Assembly: GCA_951804945.1 (NCBI GenBank)
Contig: OX638149.1
Location: 82,956,001 to 83,020,000 of the forward strand
From: Podarcis cretensis
Taxonomy: Eukaryota
Length of the DNA: 64,000 nucleotides
Direction: 5' to 3'
Below are positions 13,601-26,657 of the stretch, in pieces. The notes under the pieces are model-generated. The model was not told the DNA's origin. It worked only from the letters and a program-made list of their open reading frames with translations, and ran no database searches. How positions within the stretch are numbered: the stretch's first letter is position 1; each line of letters starts with the position of its first letter. Position numbers and translations under genes: made by a program.

Positions 13601-16398
13601 ACAAGCCAGATTTTATATTGGCTTTGATTGTACTACTTTGGTGGCGCTGACTGATGCTTTTACTTCCATAAACTCCTATGATGCTTTTTATGATTAGCAG
13701 ACTAGAATTATTTTGAAAAGAGATTTTAGCCTTGTACTGAGCACCTGTGCCAATATCCTGTTTTCGCCTCTGCCCCCAGCCTAACATTGAAGTTTACAGT
13801 GAAATTATATTCCCTCCTATCCAAACACAAGCCAGAATGGGAAAGCCGCGGAGCCACCGGATACCTTTCTAGTTTTACCTCATGCTTGCAAGGTAAACAC
13901 CAGGAAGTTACCAGAACTCCACAAGCTTATTAACTTTCATATCCAAAACAAGAGACAATAAAGCTGGCATCGCAGGGTCCTTTCTTACTATTGTTCTTGT
14001 TTTGTTTGTTAATGATCATGAGGTGAGGTGAGCTTCTTGGATTAAAGAGCAAGAGTGACCTTTGAAGTCTGGCACCTGTTCATTTCTACCACATCAGCCT
14101 CAAAGTAGAACAAAAACCTACATGCACCATTCTCCTCTCCCCAGTAGCATTCAGTATCATGTACTTACTCTGTGTTAGGATGTCATTGTGTGCATTTCAC
14201 TAAGCCTTCACATCATTGGTGGGTGGAAAGCAGAGAAAAACCAGGAACATTGTGGCATCTCATCAGCAAATGGAGAGGGTCCTTTTTTTGTCAACATACC
14301 TGCATTCCATGAATTGTGCAGCTTCACTTTCAAGGTTCATGTGGATCTGGCGGGAATGAATGGCTGCAATGGCGTCAGAGTTACTTCTTGCTCTTCAATT
14401 CTGCCCTCAGTAGATAGCCGATGAGACTTCAGGCTGTATGTAAACTGATGATAGGTGCACGTTTTATGCAAAAGAGCTCGCCAGTGAAGGAAGTCATCTC
14501 AAGTGCCGGACAATCTTGTCAAATCCAATCAATCACCATAAAACATTCTTAGCTTCACTTTTTTAAAAAACAGACAAGTTCAAGATTGATAAACCTGGTA
14601 GCACACAACAGGAAACAGAAGTAACCTCGTTTCACATTGCTGGCCGACAGCAATGGTGGCACTGATTGGCTGACAACCGGGGTGGTTTGGTGAGTGGCTT
14701 GGTAGAGAACTGGAGCCATACAAATTGACAGGAAGCATTGTGTGTTTGTGTGTAGAGATACAGATAAATACACAAAGCACCAGGATGGTTGGATTCTCTT
14801 TCTATCTCTGTCATGGAGCAACTTTCTGGGTTAGTACGCAAACTTCTCATGGCCTCAGTTTGCCCACCTACTGTACAATGGTGATAATAATGCTTCCCTA
14901 CCTCACAAGGGGATGGTGTGAGGCTTTCAAAATCAGGGCCTTGAACATGTTAAATAAAGCGGCATTGCACAAGATGTCTCCGTTGATGTCACGGGCAGAA
15001 AGTTCATCAGTCTGTGTAAACGTAGTTCAGACTGATCCCCTAATGCTAGGATAGCCTTTGATTAGAGGTGCTACTACTGACACACAAAGTATTATTACCA
15101 CCATTGGCAAACTGAGCCACTGCTCCAGCCAGCCTCCCTGCGAAGTATTTCCTGCCCCCTCGCCTACCACCACTCCCCCAAACCAGAAGCGGTTTCTTTT
15201 GTACAATTGGAATTTGGAGAGTTGTGTATTCATTTTTAATTCTAGAGCTCTTAGCTGTATCTTGTTCAGGTATCTCTTCTTCATGTGATGATAACCATCT
15301 AACATAGTGTGTGCAAACAGAAAAAAGGTGAAAAAAAATATATGACTACACTGTAGACAACTTCTTTCCTAGCAGTGAAGGTGGCAGTCCAGCTAGACTC
15401 AGCTGCCACCTCCTTCCTATTGTGTTTGGAGATGTTTAAAACTCATGGAGCAGACATATTTTATAATAAAACCTGATAAAACACACCAAAAAAGGATGGG
15501 AAAAATATTACTACTACTGCTACTACTATTACTACTAAGCCAGTGTGATTTCATCATCACTGATGTCTACGAGGTAGGAACGTTTTCTTTGCAGAACCAT
15601 ATTTTTGGAGAACCAGGCCCCTTGTTTTGTAGAGGAGGCCTCCTGGTCTAAATAATAAAGGATAGTAAAATAAGACAACACTTGGCTTTCTCTTTCTGTC
15701 ATTAAAAAGGGAGTGGGGGAGAAGAATACCATCCTTATGGTTTCCAAAAGGTTAGGTGGGCAACACACTCATTGCTATTGCGGTTGCTAGGTAGTTCCAC
15801 GTGTGTCATACACCTCTACTGGATATTCCCAAAGAAGGCACAATTCTAACAGCCTGCACACCCAAGACCATTGTGAACATCCAATAAAATAAATATAAAA
15901 ACATTTGTGGCTGGGTGCTCCCTTGACCTGACCCCCAACCCTCCTGCCAGCACTGGAACACTCATCCAGAATATCTTGCTTAAGAGCAACAAGCCCTTGC
16001 AGAAAGTCTGCAGCTGCAGAGGCTGAAACAAGCTTCTTGGTATACACAGAGAAACTGGCTCTCCCTCTTAGAGTGGGGGGAAAATGTACTTGTCCTTTCA
16101 CAATGATGACCTGTAATTCAGGGGATTTTGTTCCTTGCCAGAACTAGGGATGGATGGATCTGTCTGTTTCGAGTTCCTGTCACTTTCATTCATAAATCCA
16201 GTCAATCCCATTTCTGCATTAACCTGTGGGTCAGTGGTTTTTTGTTTTTAATCACATTTTAAATACTTTCAGATGTATTTTCTCACATTCTCTAAACCGA
16301 TATGCCTTAAAATTCATATTTCTAAACATATTTAAGGCTGAAATGTGGTCCTTGGGAGGATCTCAGGGGCAATACAGTGGGGTGGGGATATTATAATT

Positions 16399-16890
16399 AT
16401 TATTACAGCATTATTTATTATTTATACCCCGCCCATCTGGCTGGGTTTCCCCAGCCACTCTGGGCAGCTCTCAACAGAATATTAAAAACACAATAAAACA
16501 TCAAACATTAAAAACTTCCCTAAACAGGGCTGCCTTCAGATTTTTTCTAAAAGTCAGATTTCCTTGACATCTGATGGGAGGGCGTTCCACAGGGTGGGCA
16601 CCACTATCAAGAAGGTCCTCTGCGTGGTTCCCTTAGCTTCACTTCTCGCAGTGAGGGAACCGCCAGAAGACCCTCGGAGCTGGACCTCAGTGTCCAGGCT
16701 GAATGATGGAGGTGGAGATGCTCCTTCAGGTATACTGGGCCGAGGCCGTTTAGGGCTTTAAAGGTCAGCACCAACACTTTGAATTGTGCTCAGAAACGTA
16801 CTGGGAGCCAATGTAAGTCTTTCAGGACCGGTGTTATATGGTCTCGGCGGCCACTCCCAGTCACCAGTCTAGTTGCCACAATCTGGATTA
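16399..16890 (-). mobile_element. L2-clade LINE 3' end (younger)
   Basis: ATRLVTGSGRRDHITPVLKDLHWLPVRF and a 3' tail with (TAA)n. Confidence 0.85.
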
Positions 16891-17767
16891 TCTCCCTCTT
16901 AAGTGAACAAATACAGAAATCCATCCCTGGAGAGGGAGATCCAACCTCATAAGATGCCTCAGATCTGTGATCTATGGCTGGGTCTACAACTTTTGGGGGC
17001 ACCAACATCAGAGCGGGGGAAAGGAGGTGTTTCAGTCACAGCGGATAGAATAAGCCAGCCCTGGAACTGGCAATGATTTAGTTTATTATTCTCTCATTTG
17101 AATCCATGCTGGGAAACTTAAAAATAACTTCCAAAATCCATACAAAAAAGGAGGGAAGAATGCCCTATCACTACTGTCCACTTTTCCAGTAGGAGCCCAG
17201 CACGACCCAAGAAAAAGTGGATTCTCTGTCTTCTGTTCTCCCTTCCTTACCCTCTGCTTTGCCCATGCATTAAATGTATTAATATATGAAACATATTTTA
17301 AAATAATTTTGCTGAGGATTCCATCACAAAATTTGCTGAAGTGCACAATTCCAAAGAAGCTCTACAGTCCAATCTGCAGATTAGTCTAGGAGGCGTGGCT
17401 CAAGTCAGTTCATATCAGATTTCAGAAATAATTCATTTCTCAAGCATCCATAGACAGAACTAGGGATAGGGGAGAAATTTGTTTGCATTTTAATGATAAC
17501 CTAATTCACCCTTCTTAAGTTAATACTTGAATCTCCTAATTTTGCACTGCAGTTTCCCAACCAATGGGTACAAAAACATATATATTAGGAGAAATTCACA
17601 TTACAATGCTGATAAATTTTCTTGCTTGCTTTTTTAAAAAAAACAAAAATCACAAATTGCTGCAGAAATAGGAAGAACACAATTTAAGATCGGGAAAATG
17701 AGAAACTGAGAGAAACCAAAGTTAACAGATTTGTGCATCTCCAGCCCCAACTGGACGCAGCCCCAAG

Positions 17768-18132
17768 GGGACGCAGGTGGCGCTGTGGGTTAAAGCCTCA
17801 GCGCCTAGGGCTTGCCGATCGAAAGGTCGGCGGTTCGAATCCCTGCGGCGGGGTGCGCTCCCGCTGCTCGGTCCCAGCGCCTGCCAACCTAGCAGTTCGA
17901 AAGCACCTCCGGGTGCAAGTAGATAAATAGGGACCGCTTACCAGCGGGAAGGTAAATGGCGTTTCCGTGTGCGGCTCTGGCTCGCCAGAGCAGCGATGTC
18001 ACGCTGGCCACGTGACCCGGAAGTGTCTCCGGACAGCGTTGGCCCCCGGCCTCTTAAGTGAGATGGGCGCACAACCCCAGAGTCTGTCAAGACTGGCCCG
18101 TACGGGCAGGGGTACCTTTACCTTTACCTTTA
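17768..18132 (+). mobile_element. Full-length Sauria SINE (Squam1-type)
   Basis: tRNA-like head (GGTGGCGCTGTGG...GGTTCGAATCC), CpG-rich body, (ACCTTT)n tail; flanking repeat AGCCCCAACTG at 17743-17753 and 18135-18145. Confidence 0.92.
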
Positions 18133-21100
18133 CTAGCCCCAACTGACCTGTTGGTTAAAAATTAAGGGTGGATTAGAAGGCAATTCCTGGGTAAAACTGG
18201 GGCTTTCCATATTCAGTCTCACACTCATACAATTTCCATAGCCATCTTAGTCAAGTGGTAGTCAGCAGCTGTGGACTTTGCAACTTCTGCAGAACAGATC
18301 TACTCTATGGGCTGGTTATTTGACGATCACAGCCCAGCCAGAGGTGTTTGGGTGACCAGATCCTTCAGAACACAAAAGGAATGTTGCCACAGGAGCAAAA
18401 CAGTTCTGCTTCTGGGCATGCATGTTAGGGGAAATGGGATGACCGATTCAAGCTCAAACTGCACAGTCTCTCCTTACTTGAGAGAACTATTCCTTTCCCC
18501 CTTCCTGTCACTCACCTGCATTGCAAACCCCGCTCGCACCTCACACAAACATACACATACTAAATATTTGCAAAGTAAACTTCGCTCTCAAACATGTAAC
18601 TGAACTGAACTTTACTCATGAAAGCTTCTCAAGCTTTTGGCTGTTGATGGGGCCTTCTCTGATTTAAGCTCTTGCTGCGGTGATCCTTCAGTTGCGGAAA
18701 AGAGGAGCAGATTGAAATGACAGGATCTTCCAAGAAAAATGCCCTCCCCCTTTAGCGTCATTAGCACAAGACACAAGAATGTGTTGTGGTGTCAAGAACA
18801 GACGAGCATTTCCTAAGGGGTGGTCTTTAAAACAATGCAGTTGTTTTAAGCAGACTCAACATGTGGTTAATCACCCAGAAATGTGACCCAAAGCCATGTG
18901 CTTTATGGAGCACAGGTGGAATATATAGAACAATGTGTTAGGAAGAAGAGAAGTACAGCTATTGTTGATAGATGAAAAGCCAGTGAAGAGGATGACAAGG
19001 TAATTATGCTTTATTATGACATCTGTGCAGCACATGTTAAGCCAAAATTAATCTGCTCCGACAGCTTCTATGAGAAAGGTAAAATATCAGGAGAGTCTTC
19101 TAACAAAGCACAGGTGAATGAAAACTTACTGTGCCTCCATGAGCAATGGAAAGAGCCCTAGAGAGAAAGGGGCACAGGGGCTTCCATTGGGTGGATAGGT
19201 GCCATTTATTTAGAGAACTTCCTTTCCTTTCCTATGCCTCCCTCAGTATCTCTAACCCCATATGCCTGTTGCAACCAGCTTGCATTTACCTTGCCTATTC
19301 TCCTTTAGCAGAAGCTGACAATAGAAGACGGGGTGGTGTCCCCAAAAGAAAAGCATTCAGAGTAGGTAGGTAAGGCTGCAAAACTATGCTCCCTTATCTG
19401 GAAGTGAGCCTTAATGCACTCAGTAGGCTTTGCTTCTGGGGAAATGTGTAGGATTGTGCTGCAGGAAACTTTATGTAAATATGGATTCAGGTGCCGAATT
19501 TGGAGGTGCTGACTGCAGGGTCCGAGAGTATTTCTCAGCAGAATTGCAGGCCAGATCCAGGAGAGTAGGCAAGGGGGGAAAGAGGCAACAAAAGGAGTTG
19601 GTGCCAGCAAGTTTGCCGGCTGACCACATGCTTCAGAGCAGAAAGGACCAAGGAGGAAAAGAATAGTCTAAAATATTTCTCTCTTAACCCAGCCAGAGTT
19701 GGGCAGACTGGTTACTTAATCACAGGTGAAGTGAAACAGCATCCTGATGGCAACAAGATTTGACTTATAGCTTGCATTAAGAATGCTTGAGAATATGAAA
19801 CCAATAGTTCATATTCCAGCTGAATATCTCCAGGGGTCTCATTATGTTCATATAGATAGATCCCCCCCAGTGCTTATTTTAAAACCTGAATTCCTGAAAC
19901 TCTGCAGATATGAACTGAAAATATCAGCGTGTACCTGCCAATAACAGAAGATATCTGTTTATTTTTATTGTACAGCAGTTTCCTTGCAATCTTGCTTTTT
20001 TATTTTAAAGGGAATCATTAAGGTTGGGGAAAATTAACCCTATTATAGCACCATAGGTCTAAAAGCCAATGTCATGTTTTTTTTTCTTGTATGAAAGAAT
20101 ACATGTGTAGAGAAAACCATGAAAATGTTACAATGGATGGCGGGAAATGTCCTCCTTTTCCATCTAGCCTATCACATTTACGTTCACTAACAGCTTATTA
20201 CCTCTGCACATTGATCATAAGAGCAGAATACGGTTGGTATAATCCTCAAAAGCATAGCTAAGTAATAATGCTCACATTTCGGTGACAGCATGTCACAGAT
20301 TCAATCCTTGGCATTGCCAGTTAAAAGGATTTAAGGTAGTGGGGCTGAGAAAGACAACTGCTTGAGATCTGGAAAAGCCAAAACCACTTCAAGTAAGACA
20401 CTGCTGGATGAAGCAGTGACCCAACTCAGAAGAAGACTGCTTTACATGGGCTTTAAGGAAGTCCTATGGCACCGGCTAGAATGGTGAATCTGAAATAACA
20501 GTCCTGCCAGTGGAGGAGTCACTATGATGACTGACCCTTCTCAACTGCAGTCTATGGAACAGACTCCTTTGCCCACCGTTTGGCATCATTGAAGTGGACA
20601 ATTAGCTGGAATAAGACTGAGAAATATGAAAGACTTAGCAGTCACAGATGTGTTAATGTAACTGTGGTGAACCTATGACTGTATACTTTGACAAAAAGTT
20701 CCTTAAGGCTCTCCTTTTCGAATGTAAGCCTTGGGGCATTGGAATGTAAGTCTTTGAAATATATCTTCTTTTTGCTTGTAAAATCTCTCTTGAAGTCTCC
20801 AGGTTGTAACTACTGATACACCTGATATGAAAAATCTAAACTGTAAGGCTGTGTGCACACACCATGTTCATGCTGCCCACACAATATTGTACTCATCCAA
20901 CTAACAGCCTGCACTTTGACCTGCTTGATTCAGATTTTCCTGAAAGAGCTGGGGAAAAGATCAAAGGAAAACAAAGATCCAATATAAAATCGAATCACTC
21001 AAATGTGGATGAACTGAACTGTGTGGAGGGAGAGGGAGAGAGCGCGAGCATGGTGATGTTTTCCTGGGTGCCATCTATTATTTCCACTGGTGAGATGCTC

Positions 21101-22987
21101 CTCAGTGGGTTGCTGGTAGGGCCAGCCACAAGACACCTACATTTTTAAAAAAAGTGTTAACCCATTGTTTTGTGCAAGTCTGATTTATTGAAAACTTGTA
21201 TTCTGCCCCCTGCAAAAAATGGCCATGTGCATAGGCAAACAAACACCACAATGGACCTCAGGTCTCTGAAACTCAGGGAGAGGAAAGGGGACAAAAACAC
21301 AGTGTGAAAGCATGCCATCAAGCACCTTGCAGCAGTATGGATGGGAAAACATTGAGTTACAACTTCAAATGAAAGCACCCTTGTGTGGGCAAATGTGTAA
21401 AAAAAAAGTCCACATGGAAAAATAAGATCCATGTTGACTATGAGCTAGAGCATCTGCATACCTTCCCTGAAGAAGCAAGAGTATTTTTCTACAGGGAAAC
21501 CCGACTTTTTGAATGTGTTTGACCAGTGATTATAGTAGGAAAATTGGGTGCAGGAGGGGTGATGCAAATTATCACACCACAACATGTAACAATGCTCAAT
21601 TGCTCATCTCCATTTTGCCCAACTCCAGCTTGGCTGGGAAAGTTGTCTGCTTGAGAAACAGGAGAGCAAAAAAAAAAAAAAGTCAAGAACAGACAATTCT
21701 GGCTAAATGAGACAGTGAATCAATTCAGGATATTGCCAAAATCTTATGAAGCTTAATGTAGACATTTGTGGATCACTATGGCAATACATCCTAAACCAAC
21801 TACCCAATGTCACCTCCAGATAAAAGATAGGGTGCCTCTACTTTGAACCTCCAAGTTTCCAAGTTAGATGAGCCTTTGAAACAGAACTGCAAGAGGCTTA
21901 CGCGCCTTTCTCGGATAGCTGGGCACAGATGGTCCACTGGCTTCAACAGAGCTGTGGCATCTGAAAGATGTTCCTGTTTATATTCCTTCCTTGCAAAGAG
22001 CCATCATGGTCATTTTGTATCATTATATTACATTTAGCATAGCTTAAAATACTCAATTCACTTTACATTGCCAACTTCCCCCTCCTAAAAAAAGGGTTTT
22101 CTTGAAAGGAGGAGTATACCTTCCTCTCTTTCCATCATCTTGGTAGTCTTGTTTACCCAGAGCCCTTCCAAACCATGCTTTTTCTCAAAGACTTCCTTTC
22201 CACTTGGTAGCCTTGGGAGCGCAGTCAGAAAGCACAGATGGAAACAGATGCATTGATACTAAAACAAGATACAAAGCATATCATGCCAGTGATCAAAGAA
22301 CATTTCCCTGTTTCATTATTATTATTATTTACAATAAAGCCAGCGCTGATGGTTCAAGATGTTCAGATACACAACCAGTTTAAGATTGGTAAGATCTGAA
22401 TCCCTCAATCTGACAGTAGCAAAGCTATCTATGATCTAACTAATCAGAGTTCCTTTTGGGCTTGGGTACATGATCAGTTATCCTGGAACAAAGCCTGCTG
22501 AAGTCTATCTAGACTTCAGTCTTCTGCTGCATGTGTTTTTAAAAAACAAGTTCATGAGGTAAAATGCACACCCTTTACGTTCATCTCAGAATTAGGATCA
22601 TAAGTACAAGGGTGATCATGTGATAGAAGAGAGGCCAGATCTAGCCACCAAAGCAATTCTATGGGACCCGTGGCAGCCCTATCCATTTTTGAACAAGGAG
22701 TGGGGAAAATGGCCCCCAGTTTCACTCAGAAAGAAAACAACATAGCTCTCAAAAGTTGCAAGAGACAAGTTATGCCCCACACTTTAACACATACTCTATC
22801 TCTTTGGGTTTTGTATGCAGCACACTCTCAACTATACCTAAGCACACATACCTTGTCATTGTAAGAGTCTTTAACATAATTATAAAGCCTGACCTTTAGT
22901 GAGCATGCATAGCTGAGGTGTCATATCTTCATGGCTCCCCCTGAGGTATTTCTACACAAAACAGAACGGGAAGAGGGGTACACCCAG

Positions 22988-23117
22988 TACTATTTTTCTA
23001 GAAAAAGAAGCGCTGGAGCTCACCATGAATGCCTCCCTTGTTCTATTAGAATGGCAATGGCGCCAACCTGAGAGGTGCCAGAACTAAGTTCTGGCGAGTT
23101 CTAGCTGGGAAAAAAGT
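22988..23117. mobile_element. Short non-autonomous repeat (second copy inverted at about 42377-42488)
   Basis: CCTCCCTTGTTCT..TAGAATGG...CTGAGAGGTGC...GAGTTCTAGCTG is the reverse complement of sequence at 42388-42463. Confidence 0.6.
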
Positions 23118-25947
23118 CATGGGTACACCCTGTAGGGACAGCGGAAACATGGCTCAGTCAAACACAGTACAGAGCAGGGGTACAAGAGCACAAAGGAAAG
23201 GCAGGGGGAAAATAGCAATACTTTTAACAGTGGCTGGATGGCCCAGCTCTGAGACAAAGAATATACTGAGGAGGCCACTCTGTGCAGTACAACACCTAGT
23301 CATGCATGATCATGAAGGTGTAACAATCTTTGACAGAATTTAGTAGAAGGAGGGACAAGATAGGGGATTGAAAAAGAAAAGAGATAATACTGCTGAAAGA
23401 GAGAGAAAAGAGGGTGGGCATAATGACAGCAAAAGTGAGTCATCCTGGAATGAGATGTGGAGACTCCAACATGGATTCCTACAGACTTCTACATGAGCTA
23501 CTTAGTCACGTTAACATCCAGTACAGTGCATTCCAAAGGTTCACACAAGCTAAAGGAAAAGATCTGTGCTGCCAAAACAATGCCGTGTTAAGACAACAAA
23601 GATCAAAACCCGGGACTCTCAAAGAGCCACAACTAAGTGCGAATTCTACTGAATAAACACAGCAGAAGTGCTGCCAACTTCAGATTTTATAATAAGCTTC
23701 CCAATATGTGCTTTTCATTCCAATGCCTCACCAGCTGGAATGTGCATGATTTTGAAAGGTTCTTTAAGCTTGGGGGTGGAGAAAAAAAGCACCCAAAAAC
23801 TATGAAAAATACTGGGGAGAAGAAGAAGAGGAGGAAGAGGAAGGACGAGAGATCTAAAAATAAAGTGAACCTAGGGATGCAAAAGCCAGGAAGTGTTATT
23901 TTAGCATTCTCCCACTGATTTTAAAAAAAAAAATTACACAAACTCCTAACAGAGCCGGGGGAGGGCTTGACTGCCCCATTTCTGGCTTAATAATTCTTGA
24001 ATGCTAGGCACAGATAACATGAACTTGAGAGTTCAAGGCCCTGTGAATTCTGCAATTCCCAGTATTCCCACACAATAAAAAGCACTTTAGTACCTGCAAG
24101 GCATCAAGCAATGGGAACCAGTATTTTGCAGTTAGCAGGAGGGATTGGGTAATCTCTAGCAGCTGCATCAATATTTCTGGATACAAAGAAAATGCCTCTG
24201 TGAAAGAACGAGCCTGGAAAAACAGTTCATGAATAAATCTTCCCTAAAATGCCCAAACCAACTAATTTAAAATGAAAACATTTCTCTAGTCGCTCACAAC
24301 ATTGTTTGGCCACAGCTTCTCACAAGGACTCAGTGGTACCTCCATCCCAAACAAAGAATTCCAGATGCCAAGGCAATATAAAACAATAGCTTTGTTTGTA
24401 ACCAAGCAATGTTATTCTACAACCTGAAATGCAAGTCCGCACTGGAGCACTTTTGTGGAGCCTTTGAAATTGCCTCTACTTACTGCTGCACAGCAAGGCT
24501 GAAGAGGCTCTCAAGGTCATTAAAGGAATAGTAACTGTATCAATTAAAATGGATATAGCACTGTCAAAATGTCAAAAGCACTTGTCATGCATTATTTTTA
24601 TTTACATGTGCTTTATTATTCTTTATCACTACTGTAAGCACTTTGTGCATTGGGGGAATAAACAATAAACAATAAATATATTCATTATTATATTATTATC
24701 ATCATGATATAATTTTTATTATGGTCTTGAAAAATAGGGGTAGTGCTATTTCCCCCCCTGTTATTAAGCTGAGAGAACGTAGCTTGCCTGCCTCTGACCA
24801 CCTAGTGATCTCACCCAATTCCTAGCTCTCTGGCTACCATGTCACCCCAACTCTCAATCCAGCTCTCTGAATAATCCAGCTCTGACATTCACCCTGCCAA
24901 GAATACCTGCTGCCAGGGCTGAACAGTTTTTGCCTTATGAGCAAAGTTGGGTGTAGTTCAAAGTTGCGTGTAGTTACCCTGGGCATTTCTTGGAAAGATG
25001 GCATACAAGTTCTATCTTTTTAATTTCTTCAATTTAGGGAGCTGGGTGAGAGGTGAAATGATGGTAATTATGTCCAGCATGATTGACGTAATAAAGGCTG
25101 GAGGATCATGTGACTTGGACAGAATTTGACACTCTGAGCACACTCTGTACTATCAGGCTCACTGTCTTCAGGTGCTCCTGGATTTATTTATCCAAATTTA
25201 GACACTCAAGTGAATCCTTGCCTTAAACTCTATTGCAGCCTTTTCTTTTAAGATCAGCTCAGAATTAATACTTAACAATTTCTACGTTAGGTGGCTATGT
25301 TTTCTGTGGGTAAGCCCCTCAAAAGTAGCACAGATATGTCAACTGGTACAAAACATCACTTCTCACTTTCTGAAGGTCACAAGAAGAATATGACACCCAT
25401 GATAGACCATCAGCACTGGCTCTTTACTGCCTTACTGGCTAAATTTAGGCTGCAGTCCTATATACACTTTCCAGGGAGTAAGTTCCACTGAATTCAAGTG
25501 GGGTTTATTTCCAGGTAGGCATGTGCAGGATCACACTGTTAATGTGTTGGGACTTATGAAGCCCTAAACAAACTGGGCCAAACATACCTGACCAACGGCC
25601 TCCATCCCTCTGCTTCATTGTAAGCTCCAATAATATTTGGAAGCACCCTCTCAAGTTTAACATTCACAGCACTCACAGAGAGGTGTTCTTAGTGGTTGCC
25701 CTTTGTCTGTGGAACACCCCTGAAGACTTAAGGGAGTCTGAGCAAGCATCCTCTCAAAGCAGTGTAAAACATTTTGATTTCACTTGGCTTTGAGTGGCCA
25801 GGGATAGTAAGCAACAATAGTTTCAAAAACTGTATTTGGGTTAAAGGGTTTAATATTTTTAAGTGCCTCAAGTGCACACTAGCCATTAAGTCTGGAACTG
25901 CCATCATTCATTCATTCATTCATTCACTTTTTACCAATGATCCAGAT

Positions 25948-26274
25948 CAGAGGTCAGCAAACTTTTTCAGCAGAGGGCCGGTCCACTGTCCCTCAGACCT
26001 TGTGGGGGGCTGGACTATATTTTGAGGGGGGGGGGAATAATGAACGAATTCCTATGCCCCACAAATAACCCAGAGATGCATTTTAAATAAAAGCACACAT
26101 TCTACTCATGTAAAAACACCAGACCGGCCTCACAAATAACCCAGAGATGCATTTTACATAAAAGGACACATTCTACTCATGTAAAAACACACTGATTCCC
26201 GGACTGTCTGCGGGCTGGATTTAGAAGGTGATTGGGCCAGATCCGGCCCCCGGGCCTTAGTTTGCCCACCCATG
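25948..26274. mobile_element. hAT-type MITE
   Basis: Termini CAGAGGTCAGCAAACT...AGTTTGCCCACCCATG, perfect 8-bp TSD ATCCAGAT, internal tandem duplication of about 70 bp. Confidence 0.9.
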
Positions 26275-26617
26275 ATCCAGATGATGCATTCTACTTCTCT
26301 TGTGTTGTCTGTTTCCTCCAGACCTGATTTGTGGTGATTCTCTTCATTTAGAAAAAGGATAATAAAAGAACTTAACACTAGCTTTCTTTCAGCAAGCACA
26401 GCTCTATTGAGACTTCTCACACCATTGTGCTTTTAATTAGAAGCTTCTTACTTGCAGCTTTTGCCTCTAATTGCTTACTGTTCAATATGGTCTGGGCATT
26501 ATTGATTCATTTGCCCTTTAATTAAATCAGTTCCTGCTCCCCACCAGTGGGCATTTTAGATACTGTTTTCCTCCCCTTAATATTTCTTTTACTTTATTAA
26601 TTGCAAAACAGCTCTAT

Positions 26618-26619
26618 GA

Positions 26620-26655
<36 letters not shown>

Positions 26656-26657
26656 AA
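26618..26657. repeat. (GAAA)n microsatellite
   Basis: Direct reading. Confidence 0.95.

Noticed and set aside
13286-13697. Overlapping ORFs and an acceptor-like TTTTACAG at about 13349
   Set aside because: No recognisable protein, and no consistent exon chain found.
26060-26190. Direct repeats with a short spacer (CRISPR-like at a glance)
   Set aside because: Two-unit internal duplication of a MITE in a eukaryotic genome.
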